DNA from: a virus
Lineage: Duplodnaviria; Caudoviricetes
IMG/VR virus record: IMGVR_UViG_3300021431_000084
Direction: 5' to 3' (one strand)
DNA length: 64,000 nucleotides
The translations under genes were made by a program, and so were the position numbers. Under the pieces are notes generated by a model that saw only the letters and a list, made by a program, of their open reading frames with translations, did no database searches and was not told the origin of the DNA. Of this stretch, positions 31,137 to 41,409 are shown piece by piece. Within the stretch, counting starts at the first letter, position 1, and each line of letters opens with the position of its first letter.

Positions 31137-31412
31137 TTACTCCTCAGTCTTGTCGGGATCGAAAGCCAAGCCCTCTTCAGTAAGAGAGAGGAACTTAACC
31201 TCAGAAGTAGAGCCATCCTCATTCTGGATAGTAGCAGGTGTACGAACACCATAACCCTTTCTCTGGATAGCAGAAGTGAAAGCACCATCAACAGTCTTCT
31301 TAGGGAGACCGAGTGTCTCAGCTACATCTGCTGCAGTAACCTGTGTACCATTGATTTCCTTGAGGTAGTTAAAAATCTTCTTTGAGTTCTCTGACATTGC
31401 CATAATTTTCAT
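31137..31412 (-). CDS. Small winged-helix DNA-binding protein
   Basis: 'TAADVAETLGLPKKTVDG..LTEEG'; has its own promoter and terminator. Confidence 0.7.
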   Translation of the reverse strand: MKIMAMSENSKKIFNYLKEINGTQVTAADVAETLGLPKKTVDGAFTSAIQRKGYGVRTPATIQNEDGSTSEVKFLSLTEEGLAFDPDKTEE

Positions 31413-31480
31413 TTCTCCTTTAAATAAATTTAATTTTCTTAAGCCTTAATGCTTATGTAAATATTATATCAAAAAATTTT

Positions 31481-31690
31481 TTATAAACCAAGTTTTTCTT
31501 TTTTATTCTGTACGAACACCACAGCCAATTCCTGTATGTCGTCCAGATCTTTAAATGAGTCAATCTTATTGGATAAGTTTATAACCGTATCCTTTGCTTG
31601 TCTCACCTCTTCGGAATTAGAACTGGTCATAATGATGATTTCGGCATCTGCGATTTGAGTAGCCATTCTAATCTTCTCTTTTTTAGTCAT
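31481..31690 (-). CDS. Hypothetical protein
   Basis: 69 aa with its own sigmaA-like promoter. Confidence 0.55.
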   Translation of the reverse strand: MTKKEKIRMATQIADAEIIIMTSSNSEEVRQAKDTVINLSNKIDSFKDLDDIQELAVVFVQNKKEKLGL

Positions 31691-31744
31691 AAAAAGTTTC
31701 TTTCCTTATAATATTTATAAGATAATTATAACACTTTTTTATTT

Positions 31745-33688
31745 TTATCCCAAAAATTTGTTGATGAATTCTTCTTCTGTGAGAACAGGTATTCCCAACT
31801 TCTGAGCCGTTACATTCTTGGACGAAGTGGAAGTGTTATCGTTATTAATCAAGTAGTTAGTTTTTGCACTAACTGATGAAACCACTTTGCCCCCAGCTGC
31901 TTCGATCTCGGTCTGCAAGGCCGCACGATTCTTATAATGTACTAATTTACCAGTAATACATACACTTACTCCAGCAAGAGAATCGCTCGCACTCTCCTTT
32001 ATCTCTACTTTTGGTATAGATAAATACTTGTAAACTTCATCGGCTTCTGTATAATCAAAATTCCATAAAGCCTCTGTTTTACTTTCTGCAAAACCTTCGT
32101 AAATAGAAAAGTCAAATCGAGAATCAATAGCATTTCTAAATTCTTCATAAGTGGGATAATACTTTACGATTTCTTTAGAAACTCCATTTCCGATTAAAGG
32201 AATTCCAAGAGAGCAGATAAACTTGTCAAGACTTACCTCGCGGGCAGTATCGATGGCGTTTAAAATCTTGTCGACAGACGTTGGTCCAAATCCAGGGAGC
32301 TGTATCCACTGAGAACGATATTGTTTTAATTCAAATATCGAACTCAAAGATTTAACCCAATCGTTATCTATCAATTTTTCCAAAGTCGCACTTGATAGGC
32401 CCTTAATGTCTAATCCCTTCTTACCCACAAAATGGTCTAATCTATTGATTAGTTTAAATGGGCAAGCTGGGTTAGAACAAACAAGAGTAAGTGTTCCACT
32501 CTCCGACTTTACTAACTCCGTTTCTCCACCGCAATTACAGTTCTTAGGTAAGGTTATCAGCCTATCCCCGTCGTAATCGTCGCATTTGTCTGCGCTCTCA
32601 ATATAAGGTATTATCTGATTTCTTTTGGATACACAAACTTGTTGACCCTGATAAGGAGTCGCACCCAATGTTTCATATAACATACTTATATTGGAGAGTG
32701 AAGCTCTGTTGACTGATGTTCCATCAATATCAATTGGATCGAACACCGCAACCGGAGTCAGAACGCCACGTCTACTGGTATCATAAGTGATACCAAGCAA
32801 GTGAGTTTCATAACTTTCGTCATAAAACTTGTAAGCAATAGCGTTCTTAAAGTGATGCTCTGTTTGACCAAGAGTTTCTCCATATTGCTTACTTTCAAAC
32901 TTAAATACAACTCCATCAATTGGATACTTTTCAGCAGCCAAATTTTGAAGTAAATTAATTGAGCCTTGAATAGCTTCATTATCACTATTAGTAAGACTAA
33001 TATATGGAACTGTTTCAAAACCCAAATAACTTAAAGCTCTAAGTCTGTCACTAAGAAAATCATCTTGTATTCCCTTAATTACTTCCCAAGCAATAAAAGA
33101 CAAGTTTCTGGTCGCACAACACTCAGAATCAAGTAATCTAATAGAACCTGATGCAAAATTGCGGGGGTTCTTAAAAGCATTACTCCAAAACTCAAATTCC
33201 TTTAAGTTACAAATTACTTCACCATCAACTATAAGTTCATCGGTATAAGCAATTTTTTGAGGAATGTTTTTGATTACTTTGGCATTGTGTAAGATATCCT
33301 CTCCCACAAGACCATTTCCACGTGTTTCAGCACTAACTAAATTGCCATCTACATATCTTAATGAACAGGTTAATCCATCCATTTTGCACATAGCAATAAA
33401 AGGGACATTTCCTACAAACTCTTTAACTTCTTCTATACTCTTTGTTTTATCCAAAGAAAGCATAGGGTGGTTATGTTCCACCTTTGAAAGACCTCCCTTA
33501 ATTTCAGTATAATGAATAGACTGAGTTGGGGAGTCGGGATAAATTATGCCGGTTTCCTGTTCTAACTTTTCAAGAGCGAAATAATTATCGTCCCACTCTT
33601 TGTCGGAAATTTCAGGATGACCTTCATCATAAAGTTCCGTGTGTCTGTTCAAGAAATCAATGAGTTCTCGAATTTGTTCCTTTACCAT
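31745..33688 (-). CDS. ligA: NAD-dependent DNA ligase
   Basis: 'HPMLSL', 'KMDG', 'TRGNG..GED', 'NPRNFASG', 'DGVVFK', HhH, C-terminal BRCT. Confidence 0.97.
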   Translation of the reverse strand: MVKEQIRELIDFLNRHTELYDEGHPEISDKEWDDNYFALEKLEQETGIIYPDSPTQSIHYTEIKGGLSKVEHNHPMLSLDKTKSIEEVKEFVGNVPFIAMCKMDGLTCSLRYVDGNLVSAETRGNGLVGEDILHNAKVIKNIPQKIAYTDELIVDGEVICNLKEFEFWSNAFKNPRNFASGSIRLLDSECCATRNLSFIAWEVIKGIQDDFLSDRLRALSYLGFETVPYISLTNSDNEAIQGSINLLQNLAAEKYPIDGVVFKFESKQYGETLGQTEHHFKNAIAYKFYDESYETHLLGITYDTSRRGVLTPVAVFDPIDIDGTSVNRASLSNISMLYETLGATPYQGQQVCVSKRNQIIPYIESADKCDDYDGDRLITLPKNCNCGGETELVKSESGTLTLVCSNPACPFKLINRLDHFVGKKGLDIKGLSSATLEKLIDNDWVKSLSSIFELKQYRSQWIQLPGFGPTSVDKILNAIDTAREVSLDKFICSLGIPLIGNGVSKEIVKYYPTYEEFRNAIDSRFDFSIYEGFAESKTEALWNFDYTEADEVYKYLSIPKVEIKESASDSLAGVSVCITGKLVHYKNRAALQTEIEAAGGKVVSSVSAKTNYLINNDNTSTSSKNVTAQKLGIPVLTEEEFINKFLG

Positions 33689-33722
33689 TTAGTTAGTTTC
33701 CTTTTCACTTTTCTATATATAT

Positions 33723-33751
33723 ATTATATCAAAAAAAATAAGAAAAGTCAA
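33723..33751 (-). promoter_or_regulatory. sigmaA promoter
   Basis: TTGACT-17-TATAAT with TG; the -35 lies in one arm of the hairpin AAAGTCAACTAAG...CTTAGTTGACTTT. Confidence 0.75.
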
Positions 33752-33783
33752 CTAAGATTTTTTGACTTAGTTGACTTTGTATC

Positions 33784-36105
33784 TTATATTTTAGATATTG
33801 AGTTAATATCGCCCTTGATAAGTGCATTACCAACAGACGCTCTACTTAAAAGAGGTATCTCCTTAGCAGATATGCATATGGAGTTATTCGTACCTATAAT
33901 AAGAACTGAATCTTCATCAGAGATCAAGGCACCGCCCGCAACCTCTGTCTTTGTTAATTTAATACCCTTTCCTCCACGCTTCTGTGTAATAAGTTCAGAT
34001 AACTTAATTTTCTTACCAGAACCATTTACATTAAAGATACCAAGAGAGTCATTAGCATCTCTTATAGGAAGTGCGGCTATTACATAATCATCGGGGTTTA
34101 AGTTAATTCCCTTGACACCACCGGCAGTTCTACCAGTAGGAGATACATCGGTACTCTTAAACTTAATTCCCATTCCTTGTCTTGTCATAATTACAATATC
34201 TTCTTCTGAAAGAAGACTTACTGATACAATATGGTCTCCTTCTGCAAGATTGATTGCGGCAATACCTGTTCTCTTTCTTGTTTTTGTGAATTCTTCCAAA
34301 CTTGTCTTTTTAATGACACCATTTTGAGTTACAAACAAGACATATTTTGCATCTGTACCATGAACAATTGAGTAAATAAGACTTGGCTCTTCACCCTGTT
34401 CCATTTCTACTAATGCATGAACAGAAGTACCAACAGACACATTAGTTCCTACGGGAATATTATCTACAAGAATTCTATACATTTTTCCCTTATTTGTGAA
34501 TATCATAAGCGAATCAATAGTATTAGTTCTAATAGTTGCAACTGTAATATCACCAGTTGTCTTAACTCCCTTACCATTTTTACGTTGTGTGCGGAAGCTT
34601 GTTGCTGGGATCCTCTTGATCAGGCCCGATTCGGTCATTGTTACGATGCACTTTTCCGGTTCAACATAAACAATTTCCTTCTCTTCCTTTGTTGGAGTAT
34701 CCAATTGAAGTAATTCTGTTCTTCTATTGTCTCCATACTTTTCAACGATTTTGTGAAGTCTTTCCTTAATAATGTCTTTAACTCTTTCAACATCAGCAAG
34801 AATAGCCTTCATATCGGCTATCTTTTCAACCAACTCCTTCTTCTCTTGCTCAAGTTCAATCTTCTCCAATTTAGCAAGACTTGACAATCTCATAGCAAGA
34901 ATAGCTTTTGCCTGTACGTCATCCAGGCCATACTTTGCACAGAGGGCACTGGCCGCACTTGCACTATTCTCAGATTTTTTAATTAACTGAATAACATTAT
35001 CAATATCTTCAAGAGCAATTAACAAACCTTCAACAATGTGAAGTCTTGCTTCAGCTGCATCCAAATCGAACTTAACTTCTCTTCTAATGCACTCAATATT
35101 ATGCTCAACATATGTCTTACAACAATCCTTAAGGCTCATTAAAGTAGGAACCTTGTTTACTAATGCCACTTGGTTATAAGCATATGACTTCTGTAAATCA
35201 GTCTTTGCGAATAACTTTCTCATTACTACTTCTGGGTTGGTGTCTTTGTTACATTTAATTAAAATCTTAACACCCTTATTATTAGTCTGGTCTAATACCT
35301 CACTAATTCCCATGTTATCAGTTTCAGTAACACTATCAATATCGTCAAGAATTTTTTCAATAGTGGTTTCATAAGGAATTTCAGTTATAGTAATAACCTG
35401 TCCCTTAACAGAGTATTTTGCTCTTACTTTTACCGAGCCCTTACCTGACTTCATAATATTAGCAAAGTCATTCTTATTTATAACTACTCCACCTGTTGGG
35501 AAATCAGGACCGGGAAGTGTAGGTTCCTCACCATTCATATAAGCCAAGATAGCTTTTTCAACTTCTCTTAAGTTATGACAACCCCACTTACAAGCCATCG
35601 CAACTCCAATTCCTGCATTTGGGTTACATAATAAGTTAGGAAAGATAGCGGGAAGAATAGTAGGTTCTTCATCAGCATCATCATAAGTTGGCATAAAAGG
35701 AACATTATTCTTTTTAATTCCAGCCAATAATCCTTCTTCACTTAATTTAGCAAGACGTCCTTCTGTATATCTGTGTGCGGCCGGGCCATCTCCATTAATT
35801 GAACCTTGGTTACCATGGAAATCAATCAACGGATATCTCATTACCCAGTCTTGAGATAAACGAACAAGTGCTTCGTAAATTGAACTATCTCCATGAGGGT
35901 GATATGAACCCATTACATCACCAACAATTCTTGCATTTTTTACATAAGGCTTACTTGAAGTTCTACCATTTGCATAAGCACCATATAAAATTCGTCTTGC
36001 TACTGGTTTTAAACCTGTTACGTCCGGGATAGCACGATCCATGTTTACCGCAGCAGCATAGTCTATAAAGTTTTGTGACATTTCATGTGTTAAATCTAAA
36101 CTCAT
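33784..36105 (-). CDS. gyrA: DNA gyrase subunit A
   Basis: 'GLKPVARR', 'YHPHGD', active-site 'AAHRYTE', C-terminal pinwheel with GyrA-box-like 'QRKNGKG' and 'QKRGGKG'. Confidence 0.93.
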   Translation of the reverse strand: MSLDLTHEMSQNFIDYAAAVNMDRAIPDVTGLKPVARRILYGAYANGRTSSKPYVKNARIVGDVMGSYHPHGDSSIYEALVRLSQDWVMRYPLIDFHGNQGSINGDGPAAHRYTEGRLAKLSEEGLLAGIKKNNVPFMPTYDDADEEPTILPAIFPNLLCNPNAGIGVAMACKWGCHNLREVEKAILAYMNGEEPTLPGPDFPTGGVVINKNDFANIMKSGKGSVKVRAKYSVKGQVITITEIPYETTIEKILDDIDSVTETDNMGISEVLDQTNNKGVKILIKCNKDTNPEVVMRKLFAKTDLQKSYAYNQVALVNKVPTLMSLKDCCKTYVEHNIECIRREVKFDLDAAEARLHIVEGLLIALEDIDNVIQLIKKSENSASAASALCAKYGLDDVQAKAILAMRLSSLAKLEKIELEQEKKELVEKIADMKAILADVERVKDIIKERLHKIVEKYGDNRRTELLQLDTPTKEEKEIVYVEPEKCIVTMTESGLIKRIPATSFRTQRKNGKGVKTTGDITVATIRTNTIDSLMIFTNKGKMYRILVDNIPVGTNVSVGTSVHALVEMEQGEEPSLIYSIVHGTDAKYVLFVTQNGVIKKTSLEEFTKTRKRTGIAAINLAEGDHIVSVSLLSEEDIVIMTRQGMGIKFKSTDVSPTGRTAGGVKGINLNPDDYVIAALPIRDANDSLGIFNVNGSGKKIKLSELITQKRGGKGIKLTKTEVAGGALISDEDSVLIIGTNNSICISAKEIPLLSRASVGNALIKGDINSISKI

Positions 36106-36116
36106 TCTTTTCTCCT

Positions 36117-38021
36117 TTATACCTCATACTTTGCTTCTGCAGAATGTTTCTGGATAAATTCTTTTCTTGGTGTTACACTTGTGCCCATAAGGTCGTCAAA
36201 TAATTTATCTGCCTTCTTAGCGTCTTCAACAAGAACCTGATTAATTATTCTCTGTTCTGGATCAACCAAAATCATGGTCTCGTCCTTGTCCATCTCACCC
36301 AATCCCTTCATTCGAGTCAAAGTCAACTTCTTACCGGGATGTGCGGCACGATATTCTTCAAGAGCTTTATCATCCTTTAAGTAAACATACTTATCTTTTG
36401 TCTCTGTAACTCTATAAAGAGGAGGGATACCAGCATATACATAACCTTGTTCAATAAGTTCAGGACAAAAAGTCCAAATGAATGTATAGAACAGGTTCTT
36501 GATGTGCGCGCCATCTACATCGGCATCTGACTCAATGATAATCTTACCATATCTTAATTCATCTGGCTTGAAAGTTAATTTCATTGTCTTAGGATTAACA
36601 GTAAGACCAAAAGCATCTATCATTGTCATAATCTCTGCATTTTTCTGAATATCTGATAAACTTGCTTTTCTTACATTCAAAATCTTACCACGAATAGGAA
36701 GTACCGCTTGATACTCATTATCTCTTGCAAGTTTAAGATTACCGGAAGCAGAATCTCCCTCTGTAATATAAATCTCACACTTCTTTCTATCTTTTGAACT
36801 TGCATCAGCAAGTTTACTATCAAACTTAAGAGCCTTTTGCTTTTTCTTTTCAGCTCCAGTTCTCGCTGCATCTCTTGCTTTTCTTGCAGCCTCTCTTGCC
36901 TTTCTTGCGTTGATAGACTTATCAGCAATTAATTTAATTTCTTTCTCATTGACCAACATCCAATTATATAATTCTGTTGCAATTGCTGATGTAAAAGGAA
37001 GCATATCAATTTTAGTTACTGTACTCTTAACCTGTGCATCATAAGAAACATTTGGAGTAGTAACATTAAATACTACATACATTCCCTCTTGAAGGTCATC
37101 ACCAGAAAGATTTTCATCTTTTTCTTTAAGCCAACCTTTTTCTCTAAAGAACTTATTAAATTCTCTTGTGAAAATTGTCTTTATTAAGGTAATATGAGTA
37201 CCTTTTTCTGTTAAACCTGTATTTACATAAGGTATTAAAGTAAGACTATAATTAGAAGTATAAGTTAAAACCATATCTAACTTATATTTACCACTTATAA
37301 AATTCATATTAAATCTATTTTGAATTAACTCAGTATCTTTAACACCAGCAGTAACTAAGTCATTAAGTCCATTTTTAGAATAATAAACTACATTTGTACC
37401 ATTATCATTTAAGTTAATGATTAAACCAGGACATAAACAAGCCAAAGTATTAAATAAAGATTTAATTTTACTTATTTCTACTTCAGTATGAGTAAAAAAT
37501 TCTTCACTTGGGAGCCAAGAAACCGTTGTTCCATGTTCACTCTTGTCACAAGTACCTTTTTCTCTTTTTTCAAATACGCCCTCTTTGAACCAAACTTTTT
37601 CTGTTTTACCATCTCTTTTGGTTTCAACAATAAGCCAATGTGAAAGAAACGTAGTAATTTTACTTCCAATACCAAAACTACCAAGAGACGTGCCCTCATA
37701 GGTGCCATCCTCTCTGTATTTTCCCGAGGTATTTAATACACTAAAAGCAGCTTCAAGAATTGACTTTCCATCTTCTCTAAATTCATTGGGAATAAAACCT
37801 TGACCAAAATCTTGTACTGTTATTTCAGAATTATTAATAGAAACATTAATTTTATCACCGTGACCCAATCTAAACTCATCAATAGAGTTAGAAATTATCT
37901 CTACCAAAAGTTGTGTACTATAATTTGTGTCACCACAATATACACCAGGCTTTAATCTCGTAAAAGACAATGGATCAAGTGACTCAATAGAATCTTTATT
38001 ATATAAATTCTTATCAGTCAT
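36117..38021 (-). CDS. gyrB: DNA gyrase subunit B
   Basis: 'EIISNSIDE', 'DFGQG', 'EGDSA', 'PIRGK', 'DADVDG.HI', 'KGLGEM'; ATG 38021 after AAGGAG. Confidence 0.95.
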   Translation of the reverse strand: MTDKNLYNKDSIESLDPLSFTRLKPGVYCGDTNYSTQLLVEIISNSIDEFRLGHGDKINVSINNSEITVQDFGQGFIPNEFREDGKSILEAAFSVLNTSGKYREDGTYEGTSLGSFGIGSKITTFLSHWLIVETKRDGKTEKVWFKEGVFEKREKGTCDKSEHGTTVSWLPSEEFFTHTEVEISKIKSLFNTLACLCPGLIINLNDNGTNVVYYSKNGLNDLVTAGVKDTELIQNRFNMNFISGKYKLDMVLTYTSNYSLTLIPYVNTGLTEKGTHITLIKTIFTREFNKFFREKGWLKEKDENLSGDDLQEGMYVVFNVTTPNVSYDAQVKSTVTKIDMLPFTSAIATELYNWMLVNEKEIKLIADKSINARKAREAARKARDAARTGAEKKKQKALKFDSKLADASSKDRKKCEIYITEGDSASGNLKLARDNEYQAVLPIRGKILNVRKASLSDIQKNAEIMTMIDAFGLTVNPKTMKLTFKPDELRYGKIIIESDADVDGAHIKNLFYTFIWTFCPELIEQGYVYAGIPPLYRVTETKDKYVYLKDDKALEEYRAAHPGKKLTLTRMKGLGEMDKDETMILVDPEQRIINQVLVEDAKKADKLFDDLMGTSVTPRKEFIQKHSAEAKYEV

Positions 38022-38052
38022 TCTTTTTCTCCTTTTTATAGTTTTCAATAAT

Positions 38053-38081
38053 ATTATAACATAAAATTTCAAAATTGTCAA
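38053..38081 (-). promoter_or_regulatory. sigmaA promoter
   Basis: TTGACA-17-TATAAT with TG. Confidence 0.85.
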
Positions 38082-38145
38082 ATTAGAGTTTTATGACCAA
38101 GAATTTTGGAATTTTTCAAAAAAATTGTATAATATTTTTAGGCAT

Positions 38146-38195
38146 AAAAAAAATCCCCCGATAGATAAAGACAAACATCTAAATCTATCGGGGGG
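38146..38195 (-). terminator. Intrinsic terminator after the endolysin
   Basis: CCCCCGATAGAT...ATCTATCGGGGG with A-run. Confidence 0.8.
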
Positions 38196-38238
38196 TAATA
38201 ATAATAATTAAATTAAATATATAATATGTTTATCTTTA

Positions 38239-39240
38239 TCAAATTTTAGTAGTGTATTTAAGTGAAATATATTGTTCTGTTCCAATTTTTCCCCAACCAT
38301 TGGTTTCTTCAAGAATAGTTACAACATAACCAAAAGGAAGAGCACTTCTTACAGTACGATAATTTGTACCAGGGCCCTTTCTTACATTAAGTCCTGATTT
38401 TGAAGTTACTTTTGCTTTGTAACCCATTGCCTGAGTAGGTGTAGAAGCTGTTCTAAGTGCGGAGAGAGCATTAGCCATTGCCGCACGAGAATGCTTACCA
38501 TAAATGCCATCTTGTTTTAAACCAAACTTTTTCTGGAAGGCTAAAAGAGCATTATTAGTATTCTTACCGAAATCACCATCAATAGTTAAATTAGTACCAA
38601 GAACTGCATTTAAATTTCTTTGAAGTTCTCTAACATCGTCACCCTCACAACCTTTTAACAAATCTCTTACTGTTGGAGTGGAAGTTGTACTTTCATTTGC
38701 TTTAGAACCATTCTCAATAGCAATTACAACATGGTGCTTTTCATTAAGAATAATATCTCCTTCAAGTAAGTAATCACCTGATGTAAGGTACTTCTTCTCG
38801 GTCAGAATCGTGAACTCGCCACTGGCCGCACACAAACTCTTCAAATCGCCAGTATATGCCAATTTGTTTTCTCTATTTTTATTTCTCATTTTCTCTTCTG
38901 GTGTACCAGTAGCAACAATAACTGCAGCAACAAGAGCACTACAATCTGTTTCTGTTGGTTTTGTAATCTTAGAGAAATCATTACCAACCTTTTTAACCTC
39001 AGTTAAAAGACTTTCTCTTTGCCACTGGTCATATCCAATATTATCATTGGCACAAGCAGCCTTCATTGCTTCAGCCATTCTATGTGCCTTTTTTCTATCT
39101 TTTGGTCGTATAACTACGTCCCAACCAGTTTTACCATAACTATACCAATTAGTAATTTTTACCTCTTTTCCATTTTGGTCTCCGGCCTTGCCGCCGTGAG
39201 CCTGTCCCTTTTCATCTATTGAGGCTTGTGCTATTCTCAT
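38239..39240 (-). CDS. Endolysin (NlpC/P60-CHAP-like catalytic domain, PG-binding domain, SH3b)
   Basis: 'GYDQ..DCSALV..GDIIL..HVVI'; 'GDDVRELQ..DGDFG..FQ..GL..DGIYG'; 'GLNVRKGPGTNY..NGWGKI'. Confidence 0.88.
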   Translation of the reverse strand: MRIAQASIDEKGQAHGGKAGDQNGKEVKITNWYSYGKTGWDVVIRPKDRKKAHRMAEAMKAACANDNIGYDQWQRESLLTEVKKVGNDFSKITKPTETDCSALVAAVIVATGTPEEKMRNKNRENKLAYTGDLKSLCAASGEFTILTEKKYLTSGDYLLEGDIILNEKHHVVIAIENGSKANESTTSTPTVRDLLKGCEGDDVRELQRNLNAVLGTNLTIDGDFGKNTNNALLAFQKKFGLKQDGIYGKHSRAAMANALSALRTASTPTQAMGYKAKVTSKSGLNVRKGPGTNYRTVRSALPFGYVVTILEETNGWGKIGTEQYISLKYTTKI

Positions 39241-39255
39241 TTTTCATTTCCTCCT

Positions 39256-39420
39256 TTACCAATATGTTTTTTGTAAACCCAATGTACAAAGACATATACC
39301 TGAACCACCATTTTTAGGATTATTAGAACAGGTATCACAAGGACTTATAGTTTTATATTCTTGTTTTGTATAATTATAAAAACTTATATCTTTAAATTCA
39401 AAATCTTCATACTTGTCCAT
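39256..39420 (-). CDS. Small Cys-rich hypothetical protein
   Basis: 'PCDTCSNNPKNGGSGICLCTLG'. Confidence 0.55.
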   Translation of the reverse strand: MDKYEDFEFKDISFYNYTKQEYKTISPCDTCSNNPKNGGSGICLCTLGLQKTYW

Positions 39421-39421
39421 A

Positions 39422-40654
39422 TTACATCTCCTCTGCCTTTTGGGCAATCTTACTTCTGTGACAGTTCTTTAAATAAGCAGTACCAAAATACGGCTCATTT
39501 TTAAAGACCTGACATAATCTTTTTAATCCATTATTCGCACCTTCATAATCTACCATATCAACTTGTGTGAAATCATCGCCACAGATAACGCAAACTGAAT
39601 CTTCTCCAATTCTCTGTAACATTAATTTCATCATTTCAACAGTTGAATTTTGTGCTTCATCTATATAAATTCCACAATTCATACCTGTACTATCAAAACC
39701 TCTAATATCAGATACGGGGAGCAATAGTAATTTATCCTCTGCAATAAGTTTTTCTACTGCAACAATATCTCCAAGTTTACTAGCCAATAAGTTACCCACT
39801 TGCGAGTCCAAAAGTTTTTCATCTCTGGTGCCAGGGTAGAATCCAAGCTTGGCACTTCCCTTCGTAGCGACCGTGTTGCAAAAAACAATGATCTTGTCAA
39901 TCTTTCCATTGTCCAACAGGGCAAAAAGATATCCAAGACCCAGATAACTCTTACCAGTACCAGCTGGGCCGCGCAGGACAGTCAACTTATTTCTTATTAA
40001 ACTATCACATGCCATTTTCTGATATATATCATCTTTTAAAGGTTTTGTTTCACCAAAATAGTTAGAGAAGAAAGCATTGGTTTTAATTCTTTTATGCTCT
40101 TCTCCTGTCCATACATATAAGTCTAATATATTTCCAAAAGTATCTTTGATAACCACATATTCATTAACAAAAAGATTAAACATATTATTTCCCAAATTAG
40201 AATAAAAGTCACACATTTGAGCTTCAGTAAGCATAACTTCCTTATACCCAAAATATTCTTCTTCTTTGACTTCTTCTACTGGTGTTACTTGTTTTAGTAC
40301 CAGTTGTGCAATATTGCGACAAGCTCTATCGCCAGTTACAAACTCAACATCTTTTCTTTTAGAATAAAAATGTGGTTTGTTTAAGTAACATGCACAAGCA
40401 ACTATTTTAGCATCATCGTTAATTTCTAAGTCAAGTTTCTTCAATGGTTTAAGCATTTTATTTTGAAAAGTTACTACTTCGTGACGAACTGCATCCAAAT
40501 CACGTAGTGCTCTTCTTGCCTTGTATTTCACTTCGTCACTTTTTCTTTCAGAGTTCTTAATATTTTCCAACTCTTTTAAAGTAATTGAAGATATTGCAAA
40601 GTCCTCTGCAGGCAGTTTTCCAGATAACAAAGCGTTAGTATCTAAGAATTTCAT
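39422..40654 (-). CDS. phoH: PIN-PhoH (PhoH2-like) protein
   Basis: PIN 'LDTNALL..ELE..DD.I'; PhoH 'GPAGTGKS', 'LGFYPG', 'IRG', 'DEAQN', 'RIG', 'GD..QVD', 'RS'. Confidence 0.9.
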   Translation of the reverse strand: MKFLDTNALLSGKLPAEDFAISSITLKELENIKNSERKSDEVKYKARRALRDLDAVRHEVVTFQNKMLKPLKKLDLEINDDAKIVACACYLNKPHFYSKRKDVEFVTGDRACRNIAQLVLKQVTPVEEVKEEEYFGYKEVMLTEAQMCDFYSNLGNNMFNLFVNEYVVIKDTFGNILDLYVWTGEEHKRIKTNAFFSNYFGETKPLKDDIYQKMACDSLIRNKLTVLRGPAGTGKSYLGLGYLFALLDNGKIDKIIVFCNTVATKGSAKLGFYPGTRDEKLLDSQVGNLLASKLGDIVAVEKLIAEDKLLLLPVSDIRGFDSTGMNCGIYIDEAQNSTVEMMKLMLQRIGEDSVCVICGDDFTQVDMVDYEGANNGLKRLCQVFKNEPYFGTAYLKNCHRSKIAQKAEEM

Positions 40655-40899
40655 TCTTCTTCTTCCTCCGGTTCTTCTTCATCATCATTACAAATATAAC
40701 AACTTGTATCAAAACCAATAGCTGGAGCACGCTCCACCTCATCGTTGTCTATTTCTTGTTGAATTTTCACCATTTGTAATTGAATTTTTCCTTTTAATAG
40801 TTCAAGTTTCATACAAATGAATGATATAAAAGATTCAATAACCGGTAATGCAATTTCAGCAAATGCTATACCAAGGATAAAATATAACAATTCTGTCAT
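40651..40899 (-). CDS. Small membrane protein
   Basis: TM segment, 'AIGF', acidic tail; ATG 40899 after AAGGAGG. Confidence 0.6.
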   Translation of the reverse strand: MTELLYFILGIAFAEIALPVIESFISFICMKLELLKGKIQLQMVKIQQEIDNDEVERAPAIGFDTSCYICNDDEEEPEEEEE

Positions 40900-40945
40900 A
40901 TTATGTCCTCCTTTTCCTCTTACTTCTGGGAACATTCCCTAATAT

Positions 40946-40984
40946 ATATAAAAAATAAGGAGGGTTTTTTATCCCTCCTTGACC
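40946..40984 (-). promoter_or_regulatory. Putative phage-specific promoter GGTCA-N29-TATAT overlapping a terminator hairpin
   Basis: Fixed-spacing motif; AAGGAGGG...CCCTCCTT hairpin inside it. Confidence 0.5.
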
Positions 40985-41409
40985 AATCCTCTATGTTTAC
41001 GAGTTTTTTGATAAAATTCTTCTTTCAATTTAATATATTCAGCGGTTTCTTCTAATTTAAATTTCTTAAATTCATTAAGTTCAGTTATATCAGATCGAAT
41101 TTCATGCATCTTTTTACGCATACGTCTTGCCTCGAAAGATTTAGGATTGAATTTCTTACATTGAGCCATTTCATTATACAAAGATTCAATTGCTTTAAGT
41201 TGAGGTTTAAGTTCTTTATTTATAATATAAGTTAAATGTTTAACCTGAGCTCTGTTAAGTGCGATAAATGTTCCAACTTTTTCACTCTTCATATCCTGAT
41301 CTTGCTCATGGCACTTAGCGGTACCAACAAAGGTCATTCCATTTTCGTGAATTGTAACAATGGCTAGACCAAGTTCTTCTTCCCAACTATACACATATTT
41401 TACTGACAT
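40969..41409 (-). CDS. Hypothetical protein
   Basis: 146 aa, 'GTAKCHEQD..SEKVG..IA..RA'. Confidence 0.65.
   Translation of the reverse strand: MSVKYVYSWEEELGLAIVTIHENGMTFVGTAKCHEQDQDMKSEKVGTFIALNRAQVKHLTYIINKELKPQLKAIESLYNEMAQCKKFNPKSFEARRMRKKMHEIRSDITELNEFKKFKLEETAEYIKLKEEFYQKTRKHRGLVKEG

Noticed and set aside
7232-38021. Introns or inteins in nrdD, dnaE, dnaB, ligA, gyrA and gyrB
   Set aside because: All are continuous ORFs of about normal length with no evident intein insertion.
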